Source: an uncultured bacterium
Lineage (GTDB): Bacteria; Margulisbacteria; WOR-1; JAKLHX01
DNA: 64,000 bases
Direction of reading: 5' to 3'
NCBI GenBank assembly: GCA_964597815.1
Contig: CAZQZN010000002.1
Coordinates: 15,436-79,435 of the forward strand
The stretch's first letter is position 1. The number at the start of each line of letters is the position of its first letter. The notes below the pieces were generated by a model. The model ran no database searches. It was not told where the DNA came from and saw only the letters and a program-made list of their open reading frames with translations. A program made the translations under genes and the position numbers. Shown here piece by piece: positions 11,015 to 21,235 of this stretch.

Positions 11015-12463
11015 ATGGAGTTTGAAACAATAATAGGAATTGAAATTCACGCACAACTTTTGACAAAATCCAAAATGTTTTGCTCCTGTTCGACAAGCTT
11101 TGGAAATCAGCCAAACACAAATATATGTCCAGTCTGCACAGGTCAGCCGGGATCTTTGCCCGTAATTAATAAAAAAGCGGTTGCTCTTGCTGTTAGAACT
11201 GCCCTTGCTCTAAACTGCAAAATAAACCATGAAAGCGTTTTTGCAAGAAAAAATTATTTTTATCCTGATCTTCCAAAAAATTATCAAATTTCACAGTTTG
11301 AAATGCCACTTGCACAACATGGCCATATTGAAATAGAAGTAAACGGAAAACAAAAGAAAATTGGAATAACAAGAATTCATCTTGAAGAAGATGCTGGAAA
11401 ATTGGTGCACAAAGGCAGTATCGGAATAAAAGGAGCGGACTATTCGCTTGTTGATTTAAACAGAACAGGAACCCCTTTAATGGAAATCGTAAGTGAACCA
11501 GATATAAGGACGCCGGAAGAAGCAAGGATTTTTATGGAAGAGCTTGCAAACATACTCAGATATATTGAGGTTTGCGACGCAAAACTTGAAGAAGGCAGTT
11601 TGCGATGCGATGCTAATATATCACTAAGAAAAAAAGGCGAAACAAAACTTGGGACAAAAACAGAAGTAAAAAACCTTAATTCTTTCAAATCTGTGCAAAA
11701 AGCACTTGAAAAAGAAGAAGAAAGACAAAAAGAAATACTTTCAAACGGCGGAAAAATTTATCAACAAACTCTTTTGTTTGATGAAACAACACAAGATGTA
11801 CATCCAATGAGAACAAAAGAGGGATCACATGATTATAGATATTTCCCCGATCCAGATCTATTGCCTCTTTATATTGAAGATAAAGATATAGCAGAACAAA
11901 AGTCCTTGATTTTTGAGCTTCCAATGGACAAGAAAAAAAGATTTTCAAAAGAATACAATTTACCCGAACAGGATATTAAAGTCTTGATAAATTCAAAATC
12001 CTTCGCTGATTTTTTTGAAGAAACGGCAAAAATTAGCAATGAGCCAAAACTTTCAGCCAACTGGCTTATCGGAGATGTTACCGCTTATTTAAACGCAAAT
12101 AATGTAGAGATTTCCCAAACAAAATTGACTCCAAATAACTTATCTGAATTGATATTGATGGTAAAAGATGGCAAAGTTAGCGGCAATAGTGCAAAAAAAA
12201 TATTGATTGAAATAATAAAATCAGGAACATCTGCCAGCGAACTTGTAAAAAAATTAGGTGCGGAGCAAATTTCTGACGAAAATACTCTTAAAGAATTGGC
12301 AAAAAAAGTCATCTTATCAAACCCGCAATCTGTTCATGCTTACAAAAACGGAAAAGAAGCTGCAATCAAACATCTTATTGGCCAAGCGATGAAAGAAACA
12401 AAAGGAAGAGCAAACCCTTATATTTTGGAGAAACTCCTCATTGAAGAAATAAAAAACTCATAA
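11015..12463 (+). CDS. gatB: Asp/Glu-tRNA amidotransferase subunit B
   Basis: IGIEIHAQL, YFYPDLPKNYQISQ, HLEEDAGK. Confidence 0.98.
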   Translation: MEFETIIGIEIHAQLLTKSKMFCSCSTSFGNQPNTNICPVCTGQPGSLPVINKKAVALAVRTALALNCKINHESVFARKNYFYPDLPKNYQISQFEMPLAQHGHIEIEVNGKQKKIGITRIHLEEDAGKLVHKGSIGIKGADYSLVDLNRTGTPLMEIVSEPDIRTPEEARIFMEELANILRYIEVCDAKLEEGSLRCDANISLRKKGETKLGTKTEVKNLNSFKSVQKALEKEEERQKEILSNGGKIYQQTLLFDETTQDVHPMRTKEGSHDYRYFPDPDLLPLYIEDKDIAEQKSLIFELPMDKKKRFSKEYNLPEQDIKVLINSKSFADFFEETAKISNEPKLSANWLIGDVTAYLNANNVEISQTKLTPNNLSELILMVKDGKVSGNSAKKILIEIIKSGTSASELVKKLGAEQISDENTLKELAKKVILSNPQSVHAYKNGKEAAIKHLIGQAMKETKGRANPYILEKLLIEEIKNS

Positions 12464-12569
12464 ATTTTTTACAACAAAAATAAAACAACCGCAATTTATA
12501 TTTTAGCCAAACTATTTTCTATAATGAACTGTTCAAAAGATAGAAAAAATTTGATGATATAATCGATTT

Positions 12570-13178
12570 ATGAGCGATTTTTGCTATGAATTAAAAGATT
12601 CTTTATACCTAAACATAACAAACAGATGTAACAACTCCTGCGTTTTTTGCATAAAATACAAAACAAGAAAATTTGAGAGTAAATACGACCTTTGGCTTAT
12701 TAGAGAGCCATCAGTAAAAGATATTATAGATTGCATACCTGATCCTAGAAAATATAGACAGATAGTTTTTTGCGGATACGGAGAACCACTTATAAGGTTG
12801 GAGATTGTTAAAGAGGTTTCAAAAATTTTAAAAGAAAAATCTGCTCAGATCAGAATAAACACTGATGGACTTGCAAACTTATTTCACGGCAGAAATATAG
12901 TTCCTGAATTAAAAAATCTTGTGGATGAAATATTTATCAGCTTAAATGCCCCAAATGATGAGCAATACAAAAAAATATGCCGCCCTATTTTTGGGAAAAA
13001 ATCCTTTGAAGAAATTATAAAATTTGCAAAAGAAGCAAAAAAGTTTATCCCACGGGTTGTTTTAACTGCAGTAGAACTTCCAAGTGTTGATATTAACAAA
13101 TGCGCAGAGATAGCAAAATACATTGGTGTTGATTTTAAAGCAAGGCCTTATTATGAAGAGAATTATAAAGATCAATAA
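12570..13178 (+). CDS. TatD-associated radical SAM protein
   Basis: LYLNITNRCNNSCVFC; VFCGYGEP; RINTDG. Confidence 0.88.
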   Translation: MSDFCYELKDSLYLNITNRCNNSCVFCIKYKTRKFESKYDLWLIREPSVKDIIDCIPDPRKYRQIVFCGYGEPLIRLEIVKEVSKILKEKSAQIRINTDGLANLFHGRNIVPELKNLVDEIFISLNAPNDEQYKKICRPIFGKKSFEEIIKFAKEAKKFIPRVVLTAVELPSVDINKCAEIAKYIGVDFKARPYYEENYKDQ

Positions 13179-13378
13179 CCCAATGGACGAAATTCTTTTT
13201 GATTTACTTTAATATTTAGTTTGTGTTTTTTCTGCCACTCGGAAAAAGAAACGAATTCTATCTCTTCGCCTTTTTCCAAAGATTCCTCTATAATATCAAA
13301 AAAAGATTTTGTCATAGAGAGAAAAGGTGTGCTTTTATTATCTTTTATCTGGTTATTTAAATCTCTTTTTGTCTCCAT
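13172..13378 (-). CDS. Short HU/IHF-like protein lacking a full DNA-binding arm
   Basis: TKRDL...FFDIIEESLEKGEEIEFVSF aligns by eye with HU helices and the first beta strand; has its own promoter. Confidence 0.55.
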   Translation of the reverse strand: METKRDLNNQIKDNKSTPFLSMTKSFFDIIEESLEKGEEIEFVSFSEWQKKHKLNIKVNQKEFRPLGY

Positions 13379-13387
13379 TGTGTAAAT

Positions 13388-13416
13388 ATATTATCATTAA
13401 AAAATTTTTTTTGCAA
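13388..13416 (-). promoter_or_regulatory. sigma70-type promoter for the HU-like ORF
   Basis: TTGCAA-17 nt-TAATAT with extended TG, 9 nt before ATG 13378. Confidence 0.6.
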
Positions 13417-13442
13417 TAGGGAAATTATTTTTATTAAAGTTT

Positions 13443-14075
13443 TCACAAATTAAAAAGTGATGTTTGAAAATCAGATTGAACAAACTTTTTCAAAAAGGTT
13501 TTCCTGTGTTCAGGACAAATACCAAAATTTTTTATGGCAAAAAAATGTTCCTTTGTGCCATATCCTTTATGCTGGTTGAACCCATATTTTGAATATTTCT
13601 TGTGAATTTCTTCCATATATTTATCTCTTGATACTTTTGCAATGATAGAAGCCGCAGAGATACATACGCATTTTGAATCTCCTTTTACAATTGCTTTTTG
13701 CTTAATGTTTATTCCGGGAATTGTTTTATTTCCATCAATCAACAAATAATCAGGCATCACCAACAAGTTCCCAACCGCTCTTTTCATCGCCAAAAATGTT
13801 GCATTTAAAATATTTAATTTGTCTATTTCAGACGGTGTTGCAATCCCAATCCCAATACTTATATTATTCCTCAACAATGTTTTATATAAAGATTCTCTTA
13901 TACTTGGAGTTAGAATTTTTGAATCATTAAGTTTTCTTATTGAAGTGTTTTTGGGCAAAATTACAGCAGCTGCAAAAACAGGACCAGCCAATGGACCTCT
14001 GCCCGCTTCATCAATGCCGGCGATATGCGTGAAGCCATCATTAAAAAGCTGCTTTTCTATAGTTGAGGTGCGCAC
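13443..14075 (-). CDS. rnhB: Ribonuclease HII (GTG start)
   Basis: GIDEAGRGPLAGPV, LNDSK, IDGN, SAASIIAKVSRD. Confidence 0.97.
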   Translation of the reverse strand: MRTSTIEKQLFNDGFTHIAGIDEAGRGPLAGPVFAAAVILPKNTSIRKLNDSKILTPSIRESLYKTLLRNNISIGIGIATPSEIDKLNILNATFLAMKRAVGNLLVMPDYLLIDGNKTIPGINIKQKAIVKGDSKCVCISAASIIAKVSRDKYMEEIHKKYSKYGFNQHKGYGTKEHFFAIKNFGICPEHRKTFLKKFVQSDFQTSLFNL

Positions 14076-14717
14076 CTAATTATTGTAAAGCAATCCAAAT
14101 TTTGTTATCGGCCAAATTCTTAAAAACGCGGTACCAATAATGTTATCCTCAGGGACAAAACCCCAATATCTGCTGTCAGCACTATTTGGCCTGTTATCCC
14201 CCATCACAAAATAACAATTTTGTGGTACTTTAATCTTTTTCATGTTGTAGTTATCATAATACATTGTGTGGTGTTCGACAAGCGGTTGATTATCAACATA
14301 AACGACTCCGTTTTTTATCTCCACCTCCTCACCGGGTAAAGCAATGATTCTTTTTATAAAATCCCTCCTTGTACCTACTGGATCATGCGGATATTTAAAA
14401 ACTATAACTTCAAATCTTTTTGGAGAACGCCATTTGAAAATATATCTTATAGAACTTAAAGGGAAACGGGTATTATACAAAGGATTAGGTATGTTAAAAA
14501 GAAAAACAGGACTATCATTCATATCAAATAATGGATTTGGAAGACCAATAGAAATTCTCTCAACAATTATTCTGTCGTTTATATCATAAGTTGGTTCCAT
14601 AGAAGCAGACGGGATCCAAAAAACCTGAAACAAAAAAGCTCTTACAACCAAAGCGATCAATAGCGCCCAAAAAACTGTATCAGCAGTTTCTTTGACAAAA
14701 TGGAAGATTTTTTTCAT
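14076..14717 (-). CDS. lepB: Signal peptidase I
   Basis: IPSASMEPT, FIKRII, MGDNRPNSADSRYWG. Confidence 0.95.
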   Translation of the reverse strand: MKKIFHFVKETADTVFWALLIALVVRAFLFQVFWIPSASMEPTYDINDRIIVERISIGLPNPLFDMNDSPVFLFNIPNPLYNTRFPLSSIRYIFKWRSPKRFEVIVFKYPHDPVGTRRDFIKRIIALPGEEVEIKNGVVYVDNQPLVEHHTMYYDNYNMKKIKVPQNCYFVMGDNRPNSADSRYWGFVPEDNIIGTAFLRIWPITKFGLLYNN

Positions 14718-14719
14718 AA

Positions 14720-15109
14720 TTATTGCTTGTCAGGAGAGTTTTGTTGCTCGGAAATGTTTTGCAAAGATTTGTCTTGAATTTTGGTTGCACGTGAACCAAT
14801 TCTGTCTCTTAAATAATACAATTTGGCTCTTCTTACTTTTCCTTGTTTAATGACTTTTATTCGTTCAACTTTTGGGGAATGAAGAGGAAAGATTCTTTCA
14901 ACGCCAATACCTTGAACGACTTTTCTAACAGTAAATGTTTCTCTGATAGAACCGCCCTTTTTTGCAATAACTACGCCTTCAAACGCCTGAATTCGTTCTT
15001 TGTCACCTTCAACTATTTTGGCATAAACTCTTACAGTATCACCCACATTAAAACTTGGAATTTTTTCTTTCATATTGGACTTTTCTATCTCTTTTATAAT
15101 AGACGACAT
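14720..15109 (-). CDS. rplS: 50S ribosomal protein L19
   Basis: [24 protein letters not shown]. Confidence 0.98.
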   Translation of the reverse strand: MSSIIKEIEKSNMKEKIPSFNVGDTVRVYAKIVEGDKERIQAFEGVVIAKKGGSIRETFTVRKVVQGIGVERIFPLHSPKVERIKVIKQGKVRRAKLYYLRDRIGSRATKIQDKSLQNISEQQNSPDKQ

Positions 15110-15167
15110 CGCAAAAAATCCCCCTAAAAATTATTAAAATTGGTTAACAAATAAATTATAGCACAAT

Positions 15168-15896
15168 TTAACCTTTGATATCGTCTACAATCTCTTGAAT
15201 TAAAGTTTTGTCTTCGTTTGAAAGATTTGCCTTTGAAAAGATATCAGGTCTTAAAAACAATGTTTTTCTCAATTGTTCTTTCCTGCGCCATTTTTGGATC
15301 TTATTGTGATTGCCGTTTATTAAAACTTCCGGCACATTACCAAAATCAGATTTTGCAGGTCTGGTATAATGCGGAAAATCTAGAAGGTTTTCAGAAAAAG
15401 AATCCAACTTGACAGATAATGGATCTTTGACAACATTAGGAATATAGCGACTTACTGCTTCAACAAAAAGCGCAGCAGGAATTTCTCCTCCCGACAAAAC
15501 ATAATCTCCAACTGAAATCTGATAATCTGCCAAATTTGTTATTCTTTCATCAATCCCCTCATATCTTCCACATATCAAGATGATATGTTCCTCTTTTGAA
15601 AAAACCTCAATTTTTTGTTGAGATAATTTTTCACCAGCCGGGGTTAATAGTATTGTTTTTGTATTTTCTTTTTTGAATTTATTAAGCGCGGAAATAATCG
15701 GCTCCATCAACATAACCATTCCGGGTCCACCACCAAATGGTTTGTCATCAGCAGTTTTGTGTTTATCAAAGGTAAAATCCCTCAGATCAACTATATTTAT
15801 AAAAATCAACCCTTTTTCCTGCGATTTCTTTATCAGGCTCTCGCTTAAAAACCCGTTAAAGATTTCCGGAAAAAGGGTTAATATATCAAATCGCAT
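15168..15896 (-). CDS. trmD: tRNA (guanine37-N1)-methyltransferase
   Basis: DDKPFGGGPGM, CGRYEGIDER, GDYVLSGGE. Confidence 0.98.
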   Translation of the reverse strand: MRFDILTLFPEIFNGFLSESLIKKSQEKGLIFINIVDLRDFTFDKHKTADDKPFGGGPGMVMLMEPIISALNKFKKENTKTILLTPAGEKLSQQKIEVFSKEEHIILICGRYEGIDERITNLADYQISVGDYVLSGGEIPAALFVEAVSRYIPNVVKDPLSVKLDSFSENLLDFPHYTRPAKSDFGNVPEVLINGNHNKIQKWRRKEQLRKTLFLRPDIFSKANLSNEDKTLIQEIVDDIKG

Positions 15897-15905
15897 CTTG
15901 TCGAA

Positions 15906-16340
15906 TTAATCGACATTCCTAATTTCAGTAACAATCCCGTCTTTTACAATTATTTCAGCTGCACCGACTTTTTTGTATAAGTTATCGCCAACTGCAACAT
16001 CAACAGGCCCTTCAAGTGGCCCTTGAACAAATTCTGATCCAAGAACTAACGCTCTAGCCTCTTGAATTTTGCTTAACAAATCCTGTTTTTGAGCTTGAAG
16101 CCTTGCTTTTTCTGTTGCAAGCTGACTTTTGAATTGAGTTACCTGCTGCAACAATCCTTTTTTCTTTAAATCTTCAATATAATCTTTGCTTTGATTGTCC
16201 ATTTGGGAAATTTGCATATCAATATTGGTAATAGTTCTTTCAAGCTCTCTAACCAAATTGTCTTTGAAGGCCTCAGTAACTATGGCCTTTACCATCACTA
16301 TCCTTTTTAATTCAATTTTCTTTGCAGCAGTTTCAGCCAT
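15906..16340 (-). CDS. ylqD: YlqD family protein
   Basis: KRIVMVKAIVTE, coiled coil, V.VGDNL..K; position in the rpsP operon. Confidence 0.8.
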   Translation of the reverse strand: MAETAAKKIELKRIVMVKAIVTEAFKDNLVRELERTITNIDMQISQMDNQSKDYIEDLKKKGLLQQVTQFKSQLATEKARLQAQKQDLLSKIQEARALVLGSEFVQGPLEGPVDVAVGDNLYKKVGAAEIIVKDGIVTEIRNVD

Positions 16341-16346
16341 TTTTTA

Positions 16347-16592
16347 TTACCCCCTTTTTTCTTCAGCTAAAACTTCAACAGTTACTCTCTTGTGAAGCTT
16401 GGCCCCTGCTGATTTTGCTATAGTTCTAATGGCATTGATTATTCGGCCTTCTTTGCCAATAACTTTGCCTGTATCTTCCGGGGCAACTTTTACACCAATT
16501 ATAGTTACACCGTCTCCATCCGTCTGTGTAACTTTTGTCATATCCGGTTTGTCAACCAATGCCTTTACTACGTATTCTACAAGCTCTCTCAT
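16347..16592 (-). CDS. khpA: KH-domain RNA-binding protein KhpA (YlqC)
   Basis: ALVDKP, GKVIGKEGRIINAIRT. Confidence 0.92.
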   Translation of the reverse strand: MRELVEYVVKALVDKPDMTKVTQTDGDGVTIIGVKVAPEDTGKVIGKEGRIINAIRTIAKSAGAKLHKRVTVEVLAEEKRG

Positions 16593-16625
16593 TTTCTACT
16601 CTTTCCTCCTTTCAGCTTGTGCTTT

Positions 16626-16949
16626 TTAAGCAGCTGTATTTTGTTGTTCAGCTGCTGCTTGCGCTTTTTTGGGCTGTCTTTTTGGTTTTTTATCAAAATT
16701 TACCGGTGCCAAAATACCGATTTTTCCAAGATATTTCCTAATTGTATCGGTTGGCAAAGCACCTTTTTTCAGCCAGCTTTCAACCTTTTCTTTGTCAACT
16801 TCAAAAAGAGACGGTTTTTTTCTGGGATCGTAAATGCCTAAAATCTCAAGAGTTTCTGAATCTCTTGGAGAAGATTCATCCATAACAACAACCCTATAAA
16901 AAGGTTTGGATTTGCTACCCATTCTTTGCAATCTTATCTTTGCAGCCAA
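16626..16949 (-). CDS. rpsP: 30S ribosomal protein S16 (TTG start)
   Basis: KIRLQRMG, PFYRVVV, GIYDP; SD AGGGGG. Confidence 0.97.
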   Translation of the reverse strand: MAAKIRLQRMGSKSKPFYRVVVMDESSPRDSETLEILGIYDPRKKPSLFEVDKEKVESWLKKGALPTDTIRKYLGKIGILAPVNFDKKPKRQPKKAQAAAEQQNTAA

Positions 16950-16982
16950 TTTTTTACCCCCTGATTGATATTACAATTTGAA

Positions 16983-18008
16983 TTATATCATAAAAGATTT
17001 AAAGTGTGTTTTGACTTCTTCAATACTATCACCACCAAATTTTTCCAAAAATAAATCTGCGATAACAAATGCAACCGCTGATTCAGCAACAACAGCAGCA
17101 GCATGCACAGCACAAACATCCGCGCGTTCAAAATGTGCCTGACAAGGTTTTTTCGTTAAGATATCTACTGAGTTTAGAGGTTTTTTCATTGTTGCGATTG
17201 GTTTCATCGCTGCTCTGACAATAATATCCTGCCCATTCGTCATTCCACCTTCAATTCCGCCGGCATTATTGGTTTTGCGAATATATTTTCCATTTTCATA
17301 AAAAATTTCATCATGCGCTTGTAATCCGGTTTTGCTTGCAAGTTCAAAACCAAGACCTATCTCTACTCCCTTTATTGCTTGAATGCTCATAATTGATTGT
17401 GCCAAGCGACCATCAATTTTTCTGTCATAATGGACATGGCTGCCAAGGCCAACAGGAACATTTTTTGCAACAACTTCAAATACTCCGCCTAGAGAATACC
17501 CTTCCTCTTGAGCGGTTTGAACAAGAGAATCCCATTTTGAGGAATCTTTTTCCCCACCAATGGCCAAAACACTGCTAGAGATTGAAATATCGAATTCACT
17601 CAAAAATTTTTTTGCTATTGCACCAACGGAAACACGGCAGGCAGTTTCTCTCGCACTGGCTCTTTCCAAAATATTTCTTATATCTGATTGATTATACTTT
17701 ATTATCCCTGGCAGATCAGCATGCCCGGGCCTCAATTTTGTAACAATTTCGTTTCTGTCCTTTGAGTCCACATTTTCAATCATCAAACAAATAGGGCTTC
17801 CGATTGTGACTCCTCTTCTTACACCTGAAAGGATTTTTACTTTGTCTTTTTCTATTGACATTCTGTTTGATCTGCCAAGCCCCCCCTGCCTTCGCGATAA
17901 TTCAGCATTAATATCTTCCTCAGAAAGCTTTAGGTTGGACACCATCCCCTCTAAAATTGCAACCAAAGCAATGCCATGAGACTCACCAGATGTTAAAAAC
18001 CTTAGCAT
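16983..18008 (-). CDS. aroC: Chorismate synthase
   Basis: TSGESHG, RPGHADL, ERASARETA, GGIEGGMTNG. Confidence 0.97.
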   Translation of the reverse strand: MLRFLTSGESHGIALVAILEGMVSNLKLSEEDINAELSRRQGGLGRSNRMSIEKDKVKILSGVRRGVTIGSPICLMIENVDSKDRNEIVTKLRPGHADLPGIIKYNQSDIRNILERASARETACRVSVGAIAKKFLSEFDISISSSVLAIGGEKDSSKWDSLVQTAQEEGYSLGGVFEVVAKNVPVGLGSHVHYDRKIDGRLAQSIMSIQAIKGVEIGLGFELASKTGLQAHDEIFYENGKYIRKTNNAGGIEGGMTNGQDIIVRAAMKPIATMKKPLNSVDILTKKPCQAHFERADVCAVHAAAVVAESAVAFVIADLFLEKFGGDSIEEVKTHFKSFMI

Positions 18009-18023
18009 GTTGTTGAGATTATA

Positions 18024-18884
18024 TCACGACTGAATTGCGTCCACAACTTCAGAAATTATGTATTCGGGGGTTGAAGCACCTGCTGTTATTCCGACACGTT
18101 CTTTGCCAACAAACCAATTTTTATCCAAATCTTCTTTGCTTGATATTTGAAATGTTAGAACACCGGTCTTTTCACACAACTCTTTTAATCGCTTTGTGTT
18201 GGCACTTTTTTTATCACCGATAATTATCATTATATCTGAGTCTTTTGCTAGTTTTATAGCGCAGGACTGCCTTCTTTGCGTTGCCCCGCATATCGTATTG
18301 CGAACAACAATCTCCTTTTGTGGAAATTTAACTTTTACCGCATTTACAACTTCTTCAAAATTTTCTTCAGCTTGTGTTGTCTGCGCAATAATCGCGATTT
18401 TTGATGATTCTATGTCTTTAATATCATTTAATGAACTTGCGTTTTCTAAAACAATAACATTATCTTGGTCTACAACCCATTTCGCGATGCCTTTTACTTC
18501 TGTATGATTTTTATCACCAACAATTATTATGCTGTATCCTTTTTTTGACAGATCTCTAGCAAATTCATGAGCATTTTTTACCCAAGGGCATGTGGTATCA
18601 ATAACTTTAACACATTTTTCTTTGGCTCTCTCAAAAATATCTGGCCCAACTCCATGAGCAGAAATTATGACAATACAATTTTCATTTTCTTCTATTTCAT
18701 CTAACGAATCAATTTTTTTTATACCAAGAGATTCAAGTTTTTGAATCACAAAAGAATTATGTACAAGATAGCCTAAAACATAAACAGGAATATTTTTGTT
18801 GTTTTCTTTGGTTTCAAGGGCAATTTTATAAGCACGTTCAACTCCTTGACAAAAACCGGCAAATTGAGCTATTTGAATCTTCAT
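18024..18884 (-). CDS. ispH: 4-hydroxy-3-methylbut-2-enyl diphosphate reductase
   Basis: AGFCQGVERA, DTTCPWV, TICGAT, SANT, GITAGASTP. Confidence 0.96.
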   Translation of the reverse strand: MKIQIAQFAGFCQGVERAYKIALETKENNKNIPVYVLGYLVHNSFVIQKLESLGIKKIDSLDEIEENENCIVIISAHGVGPDIFERAKEKCVKVIDTTCPWVKNAHEFARDLSKKGYSIIIVGDKNHTEVKGIAKWVVDQDNVIVLENASSLNDIKDIESSKIAIIAQTTQAEENFEEVVNAVKVKFPQKEIVVRNTICGATQRRQSCAIKLAKDSDIMIIIGDKKSANTKRLKELCEKTGVLTFQISSKEDLDKNWFVGKERVGITAGASTPEYIISEVVDAIQS

Positions 18885-18896
18885 AAATGGCCTGCA

Positions 18897-20066
18897 TCAG
18901 CTCCATCTTATTCCATTATCACTCATCCGTTTTACAGCTTCAGCAATGCGATTTTCTTCCGCAGTGATGCAAAATCTAACAAATCCCTCACCGCTTTCAC
19001 CATAACCGCTGCCGGGAACAGTCAAAACACCACACTTTTCAAGAAGCATTTCACAAAAAGATGCGCTTGTATAATTTTTTGGAACTGGAACCCATAAATA
19101 AAAAGTTGCATTTGTATATTTTATGCCACATCCTAATTGGTTTAGCCCATCAACAAGAGTTTTCATCCTCTTTTCATATATTTTATTCATTGAAGATGTA
19201 AAATCTGAATTTGAATTAAGAGCGTCAATTGCAGCTTTTTGAATTGCTTTAAAAGCCCCTGAATCAACATTAGTTTTTATTATAGCAAGCGCTTTTAAAA
19301 CTTCCTTATTTCCAACAGCCATGCCAATTCTCCAACCAGTCATATTAAATGTTTTTGATAATGAATGAAATTCAATCGCAATATCTTTTGCTCCATTTAT
19401 TTCCAAAATGCTAGGAGCATTGTAGCCACCAAAACAAATTTCAGAATATGCAAGGTCAGAGCAAAGGACAATATCATTTTCTTTACAAAATTTTACTGCC
19501 TTTTCCAAAAAAGACTTTGGAGCAATTGCAGAAGTTGGATTGTTTGGATAATTTATAAAAAGAAATTTTGCTTTTGATAAAACTGATTTGTCGATGGAAT
19601 CAAAGTCAATCAAAAAATCATTTTCTTTTTTTAATGGAAGCATTACAGGAGTTCCACCTGCCAAAATCGTGCAAACTTTATAAACAGGATAAGAAGGATC
19701 AGGTATTAAACCAACATCACCTGAATCAATTAAAGCGAAAATTATGTGCGCTATGCCCTCCTTTGAACCAATCAAAGACATAACTTCTTCATCAGGATTT
19801 AACTCTACACCAAATCTTTTTTTATACCATTTTGCAACAGCATTTCTAAAATCTTTTGTGCCTTCATACGGAGGATAATTATGAGTTGAAGGATCGTCCA
19901 AAGCATTTTTCATGCTGTTAATAATGAATTGAGGCGTTGGCTTATCTGGATCTCCGATGCTTAAATCTATCAGGTCCACTTTGTTTTCAATCGCTTTTGC
20001 TTTTTTCTTTTCTATTTCAGCAAAAAGATATTTTGGAGTTTTGGATATCCTTTTGTTTGGTTTCAT
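18897..20066 (-). CDS. dapL: LL-diaminopimelate aminotransferase
   Basis: LSIGDPD, NYPNNPT, SLSKTFNMTGWRIG; next to dapF. Confidence 0.88.
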   Translation of the reverse strand: MKPNKRISKTPKYLFAEIEKKKAKAIENKVDLIDLSIGDPDKPTPQFIINSMKNALDDPSTHNYPPYEGTKDFRNAVAKWYKKRFGVELNPDEEVMSLIGSKEGIAHIIFALIDSGDVGLIPDPSYPVYKVCTILAGGTPVMLPLKKENDFLIDFDSIDKSVLSKAKFLFINYPNNPTSAIAPKSFLEKAVKFCKENDIVLCSDLAYSEICFGGYNAPSILEINGAKDIAIEFHSLSKTFNMTGWRIGMAVGNKEVLKALAIIKTNVDSGAFKAIQKAAIDALNSNSDFTSSMNKIYEKRMKTLVDGLNQLGCGIKYTNATFYLWVPVPKNYTSASFCEMLLEKCGVLTVPGSGYGESGEGFVRFCITAEENRIAEAVKRMSDNGIRWS

Positions 20067-20899
20067 AAATCTATTTCTCCTTGAAAAACTTTTTCAGCAG
20101 GACCACGCATAATGATATGATTGTCTTCCCCCCAGTCAATAGCCAGATCTCCGCCGGGAAGGTGTACAGTAACACTTTTTTTTGTAAAGCCATTTAAATT
20201 GGAGGCAACAGCGCTCGCACAAGCACCTGTCCCACAGGCAAGGGTTTCTCCAGCGCCTCTTTCCCAAACTCTTACAATGATTTCACTATCACTTACAACT
20301 TGTACAAATTCAACATTTGTTCTACTTGGAAATTGAGGCAGATTTTCAATGATCGGGCCAATCTCTGCAACAGGAGTATTTGCCACATCTTCAACAAAAA
20401 TGACACAATGAGGATTGCCCATCGAAATTTTGTTGATTGAATATTCCAAAGTGTCAATTTTTAGATCTTCCTTGATAGCCTCAACCAATGGTTCGCCCAT
20501 ATCCACTTCAACGCCAATGAATTCACCGTTTTCAATTATTGGAGTTGGCACTATTATCCCTGCAAGAGTTTCAACTGATATAACTTCTTTTTTTTCATCT
20601 GAGTTTTCCCAAACATATCTGGTAAAACATCTTATTCCATTTCCACACATCTCTGCTTCTGAACCATCTGGATTAAAAATTCTCATTCTATAATCCGCCT
20701 TTTGCGATTTTAGAACAATTATCAAACCATCAGCGCCAATTCCAAAATGCCTATCGCATATTTTCTTTGACAAAACAGGCAATTCCGATTCTGAGATTTT
20801 CTCTAATAAATCTCCCCTAAAATCCAAAATCACAAAGTCATTCCCAGCACCGTGCATTTTTACAAAGTGAATATTGCGCATGATTTTTCCGACTCCCAA
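20063..20899 (-). CDS. dapF: Diaminopimelate epimerase (start may be the later ATG)
   Basis: KMHGAGNDF, EMCGNGIRC, ERGAGETLACGTG. Confidence 0.97.
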   Translation of the reverse strand: MGVGKIMRNIHFVKMHGAGNDFVILDFRGDLLEKISESELPVLSKKICDRHFGIGADGLIIVLKSQKADYRMRIFNPDGSEAEMCGNGIRCFTRYVWENSDEKKEVISVETLAGIIVPTPIIENGEFIGVEVDMGEPLVEAIKEDLKIDTLEYSINKISMGNPHCVIFVEDVANTPVAEIGPIIENLPQFPSRTNVEFVQVVSDSEIIVRVWERGAGETLACGTGACASAVASNLNGFTKKSVTVHLPGGDLAIDWGEDNHIIMRGPAEKVFQGEIDL

Positions 20900-21228
20900 A
20901 CAATAACTTTTTCCAGTTTAATTTTTTCTTTGCTAATTTTATCACTTAGAGAAAAAAAGATTTGTTTTGCAATATTTTCAGCTGTAGGATTTTCCTTTGC
21001 AAAAAATGGCAAAGTGTTCAAGTTTTTATGGTCAAATTCTTCCAATGTGTCTTTTAGTAATAATTTTGCCCGCTTAAAATCAAATAGCATCCCCAAGTCA
21101 TCAAGATTTTCTCCGCTTAATAAAATTTGCACTTTGAAAGTGTGTCCGTGCAGATTTTCACATTTGCCTTCGTAACCAATTAACTGGTGAGCGGAAGAAA
21201 AAACGTCTTCAACCATTATTTGATACAT
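20860..21228 (-). CDS. queD: 6-carboxy-5,6,7,8-tetrahydropterin synthase
   Basis: SAH.L, CENLHGH, PTAENIA, VWES. Confidence 0.93.
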   Translation of the reverse strand: MYQIMVEDVFSSAHQLIGYEGKCENLHGHTFKVQILLSGENLDDLGMLFDFKRAKLLLKDTLEEFDHKNLNTLPFFAKENPTAENIAKQIFFSLSDKISKEKIKLEKVIVWESEKSCAIFTL

Positions 21229-21235
21229 TTTTGAA

